Positions 51,001-59,356 of a stretch of DNA of 64,000 nucleotides are shown here, one piece after another. Position 1 is the stretch's first letter. Each line of letters begins with the position of its first letter. The notes beneath the pieces are model-generated. The model had not been told where the DNA came from. It searched no databases and was given only the letters and a program-made list of their open reading frames with translations. This DNA comes from Phoronis australis (taxonomy: Eukaryota > Animalia > Phoronida), in NCBI GenBank assembly GCA_002633005.1, contig NMRA01000180.1, positions 148,969 to 212,968 of the forward strand. The letters are read 5' to 3'. The position numbers and the translations under genes were made by a program.

Positions 51001-54000
51001 CTCTTTTATCAAAAATAAGGTTGGGCCTGCAGCAGTCATAGCACTAAGCTGTGTTGACTTTGGCGGGTTTACTTATTCTAGCCATTGTTGTCGGGGTGCG
51101 TGGCCTGCGCAATTTTCCACCATAATGCACCACGTTGATGTGCTGTGAAATCTCAAACAAGCGTTATGTGTTGGTAATCAAACATAAAACATCCAGCTGT
51201 GATCTCTTTAGTCTCTATTACACTTCTTAGTGCTGCCCATTGCTTTAGGCAAAAGGGTGCGGGTGGCAAGAAGCGTAATAGGCTTAATTCAGAAGGGTAT
51301 GTTTTGTTTGCACTTCACGGTTATCCGGGTGCTACTTAACATGTTTAGTGCAATTAACTATATGCACGAATTTTTTGCGTGGCCCACAAATAAGGCCGTC
51401 CCGGATTACACAGCAATAGAACTTCCCATTGTCCCGGATATAAGAAAGCCCGTTTTTCATTGATCTTTGGAATGTCAGGCACATTTTCACAGGTTATGTA
51501 GGAAACCTTCGGGGTCTATGGCCCTGGAAATTGTCTCGATGTCAACCGTCTAAAATACCAGGATTGAATGATATCTTTATGAAAGGGGATTATGTTCGGT
51601 TCAAAATCAATACGGGGACCTTGATTTACCCACTCGCTCCAAATTTTCTTTTCTTTGGTTGATGTAAGGAAGGCAAGTTTTTCCACTTTTCTCCCGTCGG
51701 AGTTGCAGCCCATGTAGCAGATAGTACTTCGTTGGCATTCGAAGGGTGAATAGAGTACTGCGGCCGAGAACGTCTTGTAAACAAGACAACAAAGATCATG
51801 TGGAATTTCAATCATGGCGGAAAACACCGGGGCTAGACAGATATTTCCTCATTAGGATATGTATATAAAGCGAAATTCGAGTGTCGCTTTGTAATCCTGG
51901 GCAGCCGTATTCATAAGTGGGCAAATTTCCACGAAAACTGGTTATTGTAATGTTTTGGAAGTGTGGTCTCGTTCACGACATGCAGTCCTCATCTGTTAAC
52001 TTTACGTAGACTTTACGGTAACATTTCTCCATCCTTTACCGGTAGGCCCATCCTTTACTGAACTCTCCTCTTGGTTTGAGGTAACAGAACAATGCATGAC
52101 TGATCTCCTTTTCAAAACGTCATTTCACAATGGAAGAACATCCAACACAGATATTTACCCTTTTCCATTTTCTTTGTGTCAGCATTGCAACTCAAAATAC
52201 AATAGTGCAAGTTTTCCTGTATCAAATTGAAGAGCCTTATGACAATAAGGGAATGAGATGGTGACTTGCTTGTCAAGAAACAACACAAAATGTGTTGAAT
52301 TGAACTAGTGTGATGCTTAGCTATTTGAAGACAGGTCTTTTTCTAGATCGTTGACAGAACTTTAATATGACATTACGTTGCACTTTTATCTTCTGATATA
52401 TGAAATGTATATACATGTATATATTTCTCAAAAACTAGGCAAAACGGCTATTTTGCCATCACGCACAGAAACCGTCTAACACAAATATTGAATTCTGACC
52501 AATATGATAGTGAGCAAATCTTCGTCTATTACAGGACAATTGGAACGTAATGGAGTTTTTATTGATGCTACTCAGTATTGCTACCATCGTAATGTTCTTC
52601 TTCCGATTGGTTAACGCCAAGCTCACTCTGCACAACTACCGGAAGAATCCGACTAAGTTCGACAACTTCCAGTATACGATCACGTGGGACGAGGTTAGTC
52701 GACTAAACCGGTTGTTGGTTTTCAGCGCTATCGGTACACTGGTATTGGCGCTAGATTCTTACGATCCAATCCCTTAAGTAATTAAGTAACTAGGGCCATT
52801 GAAAGTGTGTTTGTAGAATTAGGCGTATCGGACATTCACTGCTGAGCCAGAGACGTGGGTCTGCAGTTTAGATGAAACAACACTGTTGAGAGCTTCCTCT
52901 TTCCTTATCTTCCTGGCAAGCATTGAGCATTGCATCTCTGGTGTGAGGGTCATGCCCCAAAGAAAAGACCACTGGCAAGACTCGGTGAATGTTCGACAGC
53001 ACCTGACCCTGGTGGTCCATCAGGACATTAGAACTGACAACAATATTCCCTCAGGCATCCAACAGTACGTGTAATTGACCTATTGCAAGCTCCGCCTCTT
53101 TGCTTAATGTCAACTAACAAACAATAAGTTTTACCCGGATCGGGTAAAATGGCGGCTTGGAAACGAAGGTGTGTCTATAATGCTGCGTTCTAAATGGTCA
53201 GTTAAGCCGTCACACAAAATCTTGGCGATAGGTCAGTTACCAGTTTGCCGATAGCTAACGAATAGAAAAATATGTCGCATTTCCAGATGTACGGAATCAT
53301 GCTGGCGATGCTGGTTTTCGGTTTCACTGTCAAGTTCCTCAAGTTGCTTCGATTCAACAAGAACATGTCGGCGCTGTTCAGAACGCTATCCGTAGCCGCA
53401 CATCCTCTTCTGGGCTTCAGCATAATCTTCGGCTTGGTATTCCTGGCCTTCTCACAGATGGCTTTCTTGTTCTTTGGTAAAACTCTGCTAGGCTTCAAGA
53501 CTTTTGTAGCAACAATGGAGACGCTTGGGACGATGATGCTGAGTAAGTGAGGTGCATTCATGTTGCTTAGAAAACAGCTTAGTTGTAACTCATTGCGTAA
53601 AGCTCCATGCAGTTAAGGGATTGTTCAGGTTCAGTCAAAATTTCCACCGTGGTTTTAGCGGTACTGAATGGATTAGTTTAGGTAGCTTCTAGCATACTAA
53701 GTTGCTCACGACAAGGAGCATTCAGTGGCGCTTAGTTTCGCGTGGTAAAGGTTTTGCTTGTATAGAAAATAACATGTGTGTCCATAGAGTTGAATATTTG
53801 GTGGGCTTTGGCAAGATAACATGACAGAGAAGTGTATCTCCTGTGAATCATAGCTGTGTTCACTGATGCATATATAAGTCAAAGTATGACAGTCGTCTCA
53901 CGTATACAATTATTCAATTGTAGTTCTTTTTCCGTGTTTCTTTCAGATCGATTTGATTTCAATGCCTTTGATTCAGCCGACCCCGTTCTCGGTCCGTCGT

Positions 54001-57000
54001 TCTTCTTGCTCTATTCTATCCTCATAACATTCATTCTCGTCAATATGTTCATGGGAATCCTCTGTGACGCTTTCTCCACTGTGAAGGCTGAATTGCAGGG
54101 CGAAACAAACCAGTACGAGATAGTAGATTTCATGGTGACCAGGTAGGCAATGCAAGGACAGGTTAGCTTGTAATCACATTATTCTACGCGCCCGTTTATA
54201 TTTAAAAGTGTTCTAAATCCGTGTTCGATGATTTTATCCAAAGCCGATTTTATGACCTGCTGTTGTGCATCGTATAGCTAAAAGTCTTTCCACAATGTAC
54301 AGTATAACAAATTGGTTTTGGTGGTTGGAGACTATCGGTCATTCCCCATAATCGTCCATTAACTCGCCCGATACGTTAGTCGCGCTTGCAGATTTAGCAA
54401 GTTTTGTTAAGTTTTTGAACTTGAATAAAAATTTTGAAGATCTGCTGAGCATAGTTCTGTTTCAAAGATTTAAGTGTTAAATCCGTACCTATATCAGTTG
54501 ATACTCAAAAACTAGTCTTCGTATCCTTTTAAACATTCTAATGTGTAAATGCACGCCCCTTCCTGAAAAGACTCTTCGGGCCCTGACACCAAGTTCTAGA
54601 CAAGGAAGTGCCACTTACGATTTAAAAAAAAAAACACCTTGCAGTAGGGTTTTTCTGTAACCAAAAGACATCGTTCATCGGTCGCCACCAACACAATATG
54701 GCCTTCCACCTTGATGCCTATCCTCGAGTAGTGTCACCTGGCCAAAATGGGTCGTATAAAATTTTTTGCATAGAGTGTCTTATCAATAATTAGCGGTATA
54801 TCTTAAATGTAGTATACCTCGGAATAGAAATTTCTTCCAGTGTTCTACGTTCCGTCATCCATCAAGGGTCCTTCGCATATTACGTTCTATTTCTGTGTTC
54901 TTTGTTTAAAGGGACAATAAAGTGGCGACTTCTATCGAAGACCAACAATTGAATTAGACCGCCTACTGTTACAACATTGGTCTTATCTTGTTTCTCTTAC
55001 AAATCACAGATCATGACTAGGCTTCAGAGTAGCTCATAGGTTGTTGTCTCGGATCAGTGCCATCAGGTTACTTGTCAAAGCGGGTTACCTTCAGTAGCAA
55101 GGGCTGCATGACTGTCAAGGGCATTCAAGGCGATTGATTGCAACTGATTTCAGTTATACAAAAACATAAAGTCGTGACGACGTAGCTTTGGAAACAAATT
55201 GTCGCGTAAAAAATGGCGTTTTTACTTCAGAACATGGTTTTTAGCTACGGGTGTCTGTTATTATAGATGTATGGTGCTATTCAAATAGACCCAGTAAACT
55301 TTAGCAACATGAGAAAATGCGATTTAATTACACAGACGCGGTAGCCTTTTTGCTCCGCATTGCGTCACCGCGAAGATATACAACAAAGAACGCAATCCCA
55401 AAAATAATATTGTCGTGATAAGTAGGAGTCTGAGTAGAACACCATGTGAAGAGTCTCGTGATGACGTAGATGAATACATGTATAAGTTAAAAAGACCAAC
55501 ATTTCATTATATATGGTAATTTATGGCATCGTTGAGCTCAGAATAACGATTAAACCATCGTAAGAACCAAAATCACGTGCTTTACAGGTTGTACCTGTAT
55601 ATAACATTCCCCAATTTTTCGCGTTCGACTTTTGACTACACTCCGATAAGTTGTACGTGACTCCATGCGGAATAGATGCTGTCTCAGGAGTAGAGTACCG
55701 GGGGCGTGGATCGCCTTAGTAAGTGCATAGGTGAAACGTCGTGTGATCCATTCGGACCATTTAATTTGGTCTCGTGTTAAGACACAGGCAGTGATTGGCC
55801 AGTGACTTTTATGAGTTGATCAAAAAATTGAGAAGTTGCGTGATTGTTTTGATCGAAAAGTGAGTCGGATCACTTGTTTCTGAAAAATAATTAAATCTCA
55901 CCTGACCAAAAATGGGAAATCTCTGATAATAAACACATAACTGCAATTTTATGAGATAATTTATACCAATTATTTGTAGATTGTGGTGATTTCCTAAGTA
56001 CTTGCCTAAACCTTTATTAGCAGTAACAACAGTGAGACCCGCGGTCTTAAGTTTTAGTAACTTTTCCTGAAACAGGTACTAGAATCAAAATCTAATTAAA
56101 TTTTGCTTTATAGGTTTAAGAGGTTAATTGGGTTTGATACTCCGAAAAACAACCGGATTTCTCAAGAACACAACAGTTACGTTGGAAAAGGTAAGTACAG
56201 GTGTATATATCCCGTCAACTACGGAATATGTTTAATAATAAACGAGTTTCTTCAGCAGACATTCCATCTACCTGTAATTGCATTCTGAAGGTGTTAGTGA
56301 CCGAGATCTTCTCGCCATCTTAGCTGTGACGTCAATTACGGCGTCCGCCAGGAATTTTGCCCAAAGTCTGGTATGACTTTTAAAAATGTGTTTAAATCGA
56401 GGTTACGTTTTCAATTGTTTTACATGCCAAGGAATCAGTCGAGAAGACGTGATGTTTAGCGAGTGGGTGCCATTTGATTTTCCATCAACCTGCAAAAATT
56501 GCACTTACCATTTATGCTTTTCAAGATTAGGGCTTATTTTAGCTGCTTTGCTTTCTTGTAAATTTGTCCGATTTTTAGTGATTTTAAGGTGCTTCAATGC
56601 ACCATTTAAATTGTTCTGACCAGTGACTACATTGTCAGCGTCATTACGTCTGCACTGCATATCGCAACAGTAATTCAGTGCGTCAAAAACGAGAAAAAAT
56701 AGAAGAAACTTTAATTGAAAGTTTTTTAGCTCCATTAATACATGGCGTCTTTCGTGCCCTTGTGTTTTCGCGAGGTTCTAGTGCCTACGGAACGCACGCC
56801 AGCTGTTTGTCTCAAATTTACTTCACCCCATTGTTACGCGCAGTACTTAATTTTCATTAGCCACCGAAAAACTGAGCGCTTAGGGTTACCGCAGACGGAG
56901 AGGCACGAGCTAAGCAGACATGACCTATGGGCTAAGCCCATTTTCAGTCGGGGCGTGTAGCTCTCCATCTGCGCCTGCCATACTGACACACATTAATTTC

Positions 57001-57241
57001 TCCCGCTGGAACACTGCGATGAGTTAAATTTTGCATACTAAATATTCCAGGTCTCAGCACCGAGGAGAGGTGTGACGAATTCCAGTCGAAGACGGATGAA
57101 CTCTTACAGAAACTCAGCGAGTATATCGCGCATGAGCAGAGCAAAACTCAATTCAGATCGAACATAAACTACGCTACAGGGACCCAGCAGCAGCCAAGAA
57201 GTCACAAAGACCTTCTCCTAACCAATAGTAAAAACAAATGA
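656..57241 (+). CDS. PKD1-like: Polycystin-1 family (PKD1/PKD1L/PKDREJ-type) 11-TM receptor-channel gene, 37 exons, 5' end outside window
   Basis: Hand-spliced model: all introns are GT-AG, phases are compatible, and the frame is open over 10,226 nt. Contains PKD repeats, REJ, GPS (CFCSHLTSFA), PLAT (WHDNHGSSPSWF), TOP (YGGGGF, WLDLHTRAVFVEF) and S5-S6 (FILVNMF). Exact paralog is not determinable without a phylogeny. Confidence 0.95.
1410..2368. repeat. 478-bp near-identical direct duplication split by a single n (probable assembly overlap)
   Basis: 1410-1887 vs 1891-2368, about 5 substitutions, n at 1888. Confidence 0.9.
2930..3290 (-). mobile_element. Penelope-like element relic (GIY-YIG C-terminus)
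   Basis: IRLNEHRKD...KSAVTDH...VINWDDA...RRIRESI*VRK...MNRDDAG...LPKIW, with a stop and frameshifts. Confidence 0.8.
3435..4562 (+). mobile_element. Non-autonomous Kolobok-like DNA transposon, copy 1
   Basis: Perfect 15-bp TIR AGGAGAATGCCACCC (3435-3449 / 4548-4562), flanked by TTAA and TTGA; internal THAP relic. Confidence 0.85.
3621..3840 (+). pseudogene. THAP zinc-finger relic in Kolobok-like copy 1
   Basis: CIVPAC...FFRHPRE...KW...RV*GRHF..SD with two in-frame stops. Confidence 0.8.
4623..4727 (+). CDS. Exon 2: start of PAN/apple domain (VTSDNF...VFRRRTNMTLLSSPMETITG)
   Basis: ttctattttcag| and |gtacat; 105 bp, phase 1-1; joins in frame to the PAN core. Confidence 0.75.
5512..5694 (+). 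CDS. Exon 3: PAN/apple core (CLRKC...FKCKSFEYNRTSNNCYL...DVYE)
   Basis: ttatttgcag| and |gtgagt; 183 bp, phase 1-1; CxxxC...CxSFxY...C pattern. Confidence 0.88.
6130..6345. repeat. GC-rich MITE-like relic with CGACCGGTCG palindromes
   Basis: Repeated ccgaccggtcgg/cgaccggtcg; similar ggtcggcaatt ends at about 6331 and 12460. Confidence 0.4.
8158..8289. mobile_element. hAT-like MITE (CAGGGGCGGAT family), short copy
   Basis: CAGGGGCGGATACAGGATTTT...TAAATCCCTCACTG; similar to the 10602 and 14577 copies in reverse orientation. Confidence 0.6.
8538..9081. repeat. Degenerate tandem repeat, about 3.5 units of 130-175 bp
   Basis: Recurring ttccaagaatcgtcatg...gataaatacat...aattcaaccgacatcacaacagtcgcgtttcag. 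Confidence 0.85.
9793..9840 (+). CDS. Candidate extra 48-bp micro-exon (VRREMTWYDDDNWYGT), not counted in the model
   Basis: ccgtag| and |gtaact; phase 1-1, open frame; weak polypyrimidine tract. Confidence 0.3.
10792..11576 (+). mobile_element. Nested retroposed insert (AATAAA plus oligo-A tail, 11-bp TSD)
   Basis: ATTATTCCTGT at 10781-10791 and 11577-11587; insert ends aataaacattaaaaaaaa. Confidence 0.65.
10925..11000 (-). mobile_element. tRNA-derived (SINE-like) head with Pol III boxes
   Basis: A box TGGCGTAGTGG and B-box-like GGCTTCGACCC; no clean cloverleaf. Confidence 0.55.
11599..11771. other. Assembly gap
   Basis: N run. Confidence 1.
12473..14243 (-). mobile_element. Kolobok-like element, copy 2 (inverted, diverged, with ~750-bp insertion)
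   Basis: TTAA|AGGAGCATGCCACCC. 12473-12620 and about 13370-14243 are reverse-complement homologous to 3520-4562. THAP relic MLRCIVPAC...REW...RVCG at about 13960-14155. Confidence 0.8.
12781..13118. repeat. Two diverged tandem units of about 160-177 bp inside the nested insertion
   Basis: tggtatttggacacaccg...gagaacctagatctgtgttgtt...gagttcta occurs twice. Confidence 0.85.
14311..14450 (+). pseudogene. THAP-domain relic of a different DNA transposon
   Basis: MSLCFSPCC...*...KDIEIRKRWVVAIRRDE. Confidence 0.7.
14577..14875. mobile_element. hAT5-like MITE copy
   Basis: Ends AAAATCCTGGATCCGCCCCTG; CTACG on both flanks; homologous to 10602-11797. Confidence 0.7.
15999..16088. other. Assembly gap
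   Basis: N run. Confidence 1.
16349..16500 (+). CDS. Exon 4: F5/8 type C part 1 (SSSSH...PGNAKLDSSRAWKP...DPFVQ)
   Basis: actttcag| and |gtaata; phase 1-0; discoidin SS...ArL...aW.P motif. Confidence 0.88.
17255..17676. mobile_element. MITE with ~40-bp imperfect TIRs (Harbinger-like)
   Basis: gttgcatgaacagtcccaaacaggga vs tccctgtttaggactgtttcatgcaac. Confidence 0.6.
17787..17918 (+). CDS. Exon 5: F5/8 type C part 2 (IELER...IIGITVQG...WVTSF...W)
   Basis: ttttacag| and |gtctgt; phase 0-0. Confidence 0.88.
20030..20168 (+). CDS. Exon 6: F5/8 type C part 3 (FQANVD...CRYLRIRP...IAVRIGLKG)
   Basis: tcttcacag| and |gtgagg; phase 0-1. Confidence 0.9.
20415..20455. mobile_element. 41-bp minimal MITE/hairpin (CATGCGCGCACCC...GGGTGTGCGCATG)
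   Basis: Inverted termini; flanks CAAAG/CAAAT; same termini as 41324-41568. Confidence 0.55.
20704..24120 (+). CDS. Exon 7 (3,417 bp): about 10 PKD repeats and start of REJ
   Basis: cttattttcag| and |gtaaat; lies within the 1203-aa ORF; recurrent (W/D)FGD...HxY..G.Y.V...N motifs, then a REJ-type segment (LDAT..VDPD, WFCKR). Confidence 0.96.
24704..24893 (+). CDS. Exon 8: REJ (...VVKKDTR...GAPPQIKI)
   Basis: tgtttcag| and |gtaagt; phase 1-2. Confidence 0.9.
25145..25246 (+). CDS. Exon 9: REJ (CFTNCLNNKLNPVNRLAL...YEY)
   Basis: atttacag| and |gtaaga; phase 2-2. Confidence 0.9.
26554..26896 (+). mobile_element. TTAA-type (Kolobok-like) MITE, copy A
   Basis: TTAA|AGCTACATTTT...AAATGTAACT; collinear with 29893-30216. 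Confidence 0.65.
27121..27332 (+). CDS. Exon 10: REJ (WDIL...STGVESRDFAL...)
   Basis: gttttag| and |gtatca; phase 2-1. Confidence 0.88.
28123..28326 (+). CDS. Exon 11: REJ (NDPP...CTVTPPNGTALNTTF..CTGFEDVDVPIKYSF)
   Basis: cgtttcag| and |gtgagt; phase 1-1. Confidence 0.92.
29064..29194 (+). CDS. Exon 12: end of REJ (LPPGLESENN...DSIG)
   Basis: ttgtttgtag| and |gtgagt; phase 1-0. Confidence 0.9.
29893..30216 (+). mobile_element. TTAA-type (Kolobok-like) MITE, copy B
   Basis: AGCTACAATTC...GAAATGTAGCA|TTAA; shares ccaacaag..aaatcatcagt..tcaagaa and atgagagta..cctaa blocks with copy A. Confidence 0.65.
30933..31196 (+). CDS. Exon 13: post-REJ helical and Ser/Glu-rich segment
   Basis: accacag| and |gtcagt; phase 0-0. 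Confidence 0.85.
31514..31639 (+). CDS. Exon 14: GAIN-A-like (LRLKMM...VTAKPDEVSEETQ)
   Basis: ccttgtag| and |gtaaga; phase 0-0; absent from the + strand ORF track. Confidence 0.88.
32621..32738 (+). CDS. Exon 15 (DKATEIASS...EELADNAVKLL)
   Basis: ggcgtag| and |gtatgt; phase 0-1. Confidence 0.82.
32987..33077. repeat. (GA)n microsatellite, about 45 units
   Basis: Seen directly. Confidence 0.98.
33707..33843 (+). CDS. Exon 16: Ser-rich (SNVLQAS...SGSNDQ)
   Basis: ctttccacag| and |gtgaaa; phase 1-0. Confidence 0.82.
34503..34713 (+). CDS. Exon 17 (VSGSS...LKKKVIGE...)
   Basis: attccag| and |gtaagt; phase 0-1. Confidence 0.82.
35081..35187 (+). CDS. Exon 18 (VMVSANSKDDDSSFKLSDS...MSTV)
   Basis: tcgtttacag| and |gtgagt; phase 1-0. 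Confidence 0.85.
36138..36293 (+). CDS. Exon 19: GAIN-B (NPFPW...VKVSGL)
   Basis: tttctcataag| and |gtacac; phase 0-0; NPFxW is typical of the polycystin GAIN region. Confidence 0.88.
38055..38382 (+). CDS. Exon 20: GAIN with Thr/Ser-rich insert
   Basis: gatttcag| and |gttagt; phase 0-1. Confidence 0.8.
38453..40016. repeat. ~781-bp near-identical direct duplication split by a single n (probable assembly overlap)
   Basis: 38453-39233 vs 39235-40016; n at 39234; scattered SNPs. Confidence 0.9.
40623..40743 (+). CDS. Exon 21 (DGANPVDCSNHLKCTLP...DPNVCFL)
   Basis: ctttttcag| and |gtgagt; phase 1-2. Confidence 0.85.
40980..41187 (+). CDS. Exon 22: first half of GPS (SCLFYDEEQSEWNDGGCR)
   Basis: atcgtag| is the phase-2 acceptor found downstream of an in-frame TAG; donor |gtaagt. 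Confidence 0.82.
41324..41568. mobile_element. MITE with 5-bp TSD (hAT5-like)
   Basis: CATGCTCGCACCCAG...CTGGGTGGGCGCATG; CTGTC on both flanks. Confidence 0.7.
41734..41958 (+). CDS. Exon 23: GPS cleavage site (CFCSHL|TSFAS) and TM1 (...WARKAD)
   Basis: ctttcaag| and |gtaata; phase 0-0. Confidence 0.95.
42485..42729 (+). CDS. Exon 24: PLAT part 1 (YEITVWTG..AGAGTTAHV)
   Basis: ttcttacag| and |gtatgt; phase 0-2. Confidence 0.95.
43522..43654 (+). CDS. Exon 25: PLAT part 2 (VWHDNHGSSPSWF...LAVEEDDG)
   Basis: tgtttcag| and |gtgaga; phase 2-0. Confidence 0.95.
44372..45184 (+). CDS. Exon 26: TM2-TM5 (DGHIWFSV..RP.RSKFTRVQR...LPWW...QPLK)
   Basis: ggtttcag| and |gtaagt; phase 0-0. Confidence 0.96.
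45299..46386. mobile_element. ~1.1-kb non-autonomous DNA element with ~29-bp inverted repeats
   Basis: aatgtgacgtcaccggaagtggggcaaaa vs ttttgctcttcttccggtgacgtcacatt. Confidence 0.65.
47006..47214 (+). CDS. Exon 27 (VLILGLFYALVIKKP...LQEARKL)
   Basis: gttcttag| and |gtacgt; phase 0-2. Confidence 0.92.
47327..47522 (+). CDS. Exon 28: channel S1 (IIKEIAFYMFFL...YGNQDP)
   Basis: gtttccag| and |gtatta; phase 2-0. Confidence 0.93.
48014..48295. repeat. Duplicated 77-bp block containing ~32-bp tandem units; n at 48091
   Basis: atgagcgcgctttttagtgta(ttcgtagttaagggcca(g/a)agtatccatttgca) at 48014 and 48207. Confidence 0.85.
48346..48514 (+). CDS. Exon 29: TOP (FWNW...GVARLRQLRV)
   Basis: attttaag| and |gtttgt; phase 0-1. 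Confidence 0.92.
49249..49368 (+). CDS. Exon 30: TOP (SCKVP...CRQGY...EDDGSY..GW)
   Basis: tgctttag| and |gtgaga; phase 1-1. Confidence 0.92.
50057..50335 (+). CDS. Exon 31: TOP (YGGGGFVAEL...WLDLHTRAVFVEF..YNP)
   Basis: atttacaaag| and |gtaaga; phase 1-1. Confidence 0.94.
50613..50776 (+). CDS. Exon 32: S2 (RLDRY...KAYFK)
   Basis: atttccag| and |gttcgt; phase 1-0. Confidence 0.93.
52535..52693 (+). CDS. Exon 33: S3 (WNVME...NFQ...WDE)
   Basis: ctattacag| and |gttagt; phase 0-0. Confidence 0.93.
53287..53542 (+). CDS. Exon 34: S4-S5 and pore helix (KFLKLLRFN...TMETLGTMML)
   Basis: atttccag| and |gtaagt; phase 0-1. Confidence 0.95.
53947..54142 (+). CDS. Exon 35: filter and S6 (NRFDF...LGP...FILVNMFMGILCDAF...YEIVDFM)
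   Basis: tttctttcag| and |gtaggc; phase 1-2. Confidence 0.95.
56114..56190 (+). CDS. Exon 36: C-tail (RFKRLIGF...)
   Basis: ctttatag| and |gtaagt; phase 2-1. Confidence 0.9.
57051..57241 (+). CDS. Exon 37 (terminal): coiled-coil-like EERCDEFQSKTDELLQKLSEY and TGA stop
   Basis: atattccag|; phase 1; stop at 57239-57241. Confidence 0.88.
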
Positions 57242-58815
57242 TTCGAATCTATGGAATTGGACGCGAATTTACGAAAGAAGGGACAATAGAATCCAAAACT
57301 TCATTTTTCCGATGTTCATGCAACAACATACGTGTATTATAGGATTTTAAATGCTACTTACAAGCTCTGTTTTTCGAATTTCAATGCGTTATTATCACTG
57401 AATAATTTCATGAGGGAGATTATAATTACATTTCACTAGCAAGAATTATAGTCCAGGCCAAAGCGTTTGTAACGCTTGTCGATTTCACAATCTTGCCAAA
57501 CAGAGTGCATTAGGCTCACAGAATTTTAGTTGGTTCCACAAAGGATTAAATGGTCGAGTAGCGGTTTTAAGTTCCATTGGAATGGGTTTAGTTTATTTCA
57601 ACCAGTCGTGACTTTTAGATCGACGAGCTTGACCCTCCGTTGAACGTGAAGATCGATGTGTTTAATTCCGACACGTGCCGTGTAGGCCTACTTTGTTTAC
57701 CCACATACACTCGCAAAGGACAAGAACCAGTTCGTTTTCTGGTACATGGTGGTATTTCATATTCGAAAGAACGAATTCGACTGTATTCGCATTTTAAAGC
57801 AATCCAGTAAAATGGTTTCAAAGACCTTGGAGAATCTCAGACCTCTTGCGTGGCAAGTTTTTTAAATGATCGTGCACTGTACTTGCTTCATGTAATTTAT
57901 GCAAGCTGCCGTAAACAAATCTATGATGCCGCTCTTCTACAAAAGATCCCGTATTACTCTAAAATATTTATACTATTGAAACTATTGACTTTAGTTTTGT
58001 TTGCACGTGAGTTAGCACTTTACGTAATATGTTGTGGTGACAAACCTTTAGTGTATGTTGTTAAGGTTATTAATTTAAGATCTGGAATTAAGAAAACAAG
58101 CTTTTATGTACGGGTACTTATCTCGGCCATGTTGTCACTATGAACAGTGCGGGTAGACATGAGAATCTCGCGAGAAAACTCATTGAAAAATCTTACACGT
58201 TTACGCGAATTTCTCGTCGGAACACACACCCCAGATTAGTGTTAAGTGGTGGTGAGGCAAAACTACCTTATTGTTGCCAATGAAGCCTTTCACGAGACAC
58301 CATCTGCTTGTCATTTTACATGATGCAACAAGTGGTACAAAATGCCTTATCAAAATGGAAATAAGACATGAAAAGAGATGACGCTAAAGAATCCCAAGAT
58401 TACCTAGGTCTTCTCAAAATTTCGCCTTACATTACAAGCGGAGCACGTGATCATGCTACTGTGGCTATGTCTTTGGTACTCCTTTGCAAGCGTCCCCAAC
58501 CATTTAATAGGATGTTAGACTATAGAACCTGCAGTGGTGGTGCGATAATCTGTCCAAATGTGTTTGAGTGCGTCCTCGTAACGTCTAAAGACAGGACACT
58601 TATGATATATTTATCCATTAATCGATACCTCATTAAAAGCACCTTTCTAATCGTTTGATGTTACAGATCTACAGACGATGGACTGCTACATACAAAACAG
58701 TAGCATGTTTGAAACTGACTCGTAATATGCTATTCATCTTCCTTGTCCTATGTTCGGTTTTATTTAGTCTCGGCCTTCATTGTTTATGATTAATTATTAC
58801 TACAGTGTATGTATT

Positions 58816-59356
58816 AATAAATGTGAGTATGGCAAAGAGCTGCGTGTGTTTGGATGTTTTCCCTGCATACTACGCGAACAGCTAACTGTAGCTAAACAGG
58901 ACAGATATAACAACAGCAACGGGTTGAAAAATGATGGTCTACTTGAATGATTGTATTTGAACAAACGACATCGCGAAGAGCTCGCAGAACATTTGCCACA
59001 AACAGATAAAGCCAAGAACAACACTACTGCATACGAACGCATGCGCAGAAAAAAGAACACAGGAACGACAGTTATAATACTACTAATATTTACTAGCATA
59101 TACTTTGTAAATTGTAGCCTATATGTCTATGGCAAGGACGCCACGCAGTGGTGTAATAACCATGTACAAATGCTGACGACGGACCAGAAACACGAATTGA
59201 TCGTCTTATTGCAGACAAGTTCAGTGAACCCTCCAGACGGAACTTGCAAAGAACTACGTAAAAGACAGGTGTGAAGAAATAGATAACGATGATTATATAC
59301 ACAGAGACAAACGACTGTAGAATGATGACGGAGGAAACTATTCTCTGATAAATAAA
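58816..59356 (+). promoter_or_regulatory. Candidate polyadenylation signals of the polycystin gene (AATAAA at 58816 and 59351)
   Basis: AATAAA hexamers after the stop codon; would imply a 1.6-2.1 kb 3' UTR. The motif is common in AT-rich DNA. Confidence 0.3.

Noticed and set aside
58800-59302. ~100-aa ORFs after the stop codon
   Set aside because: No domain or splice support; most likely 3' UTR or intergenic.
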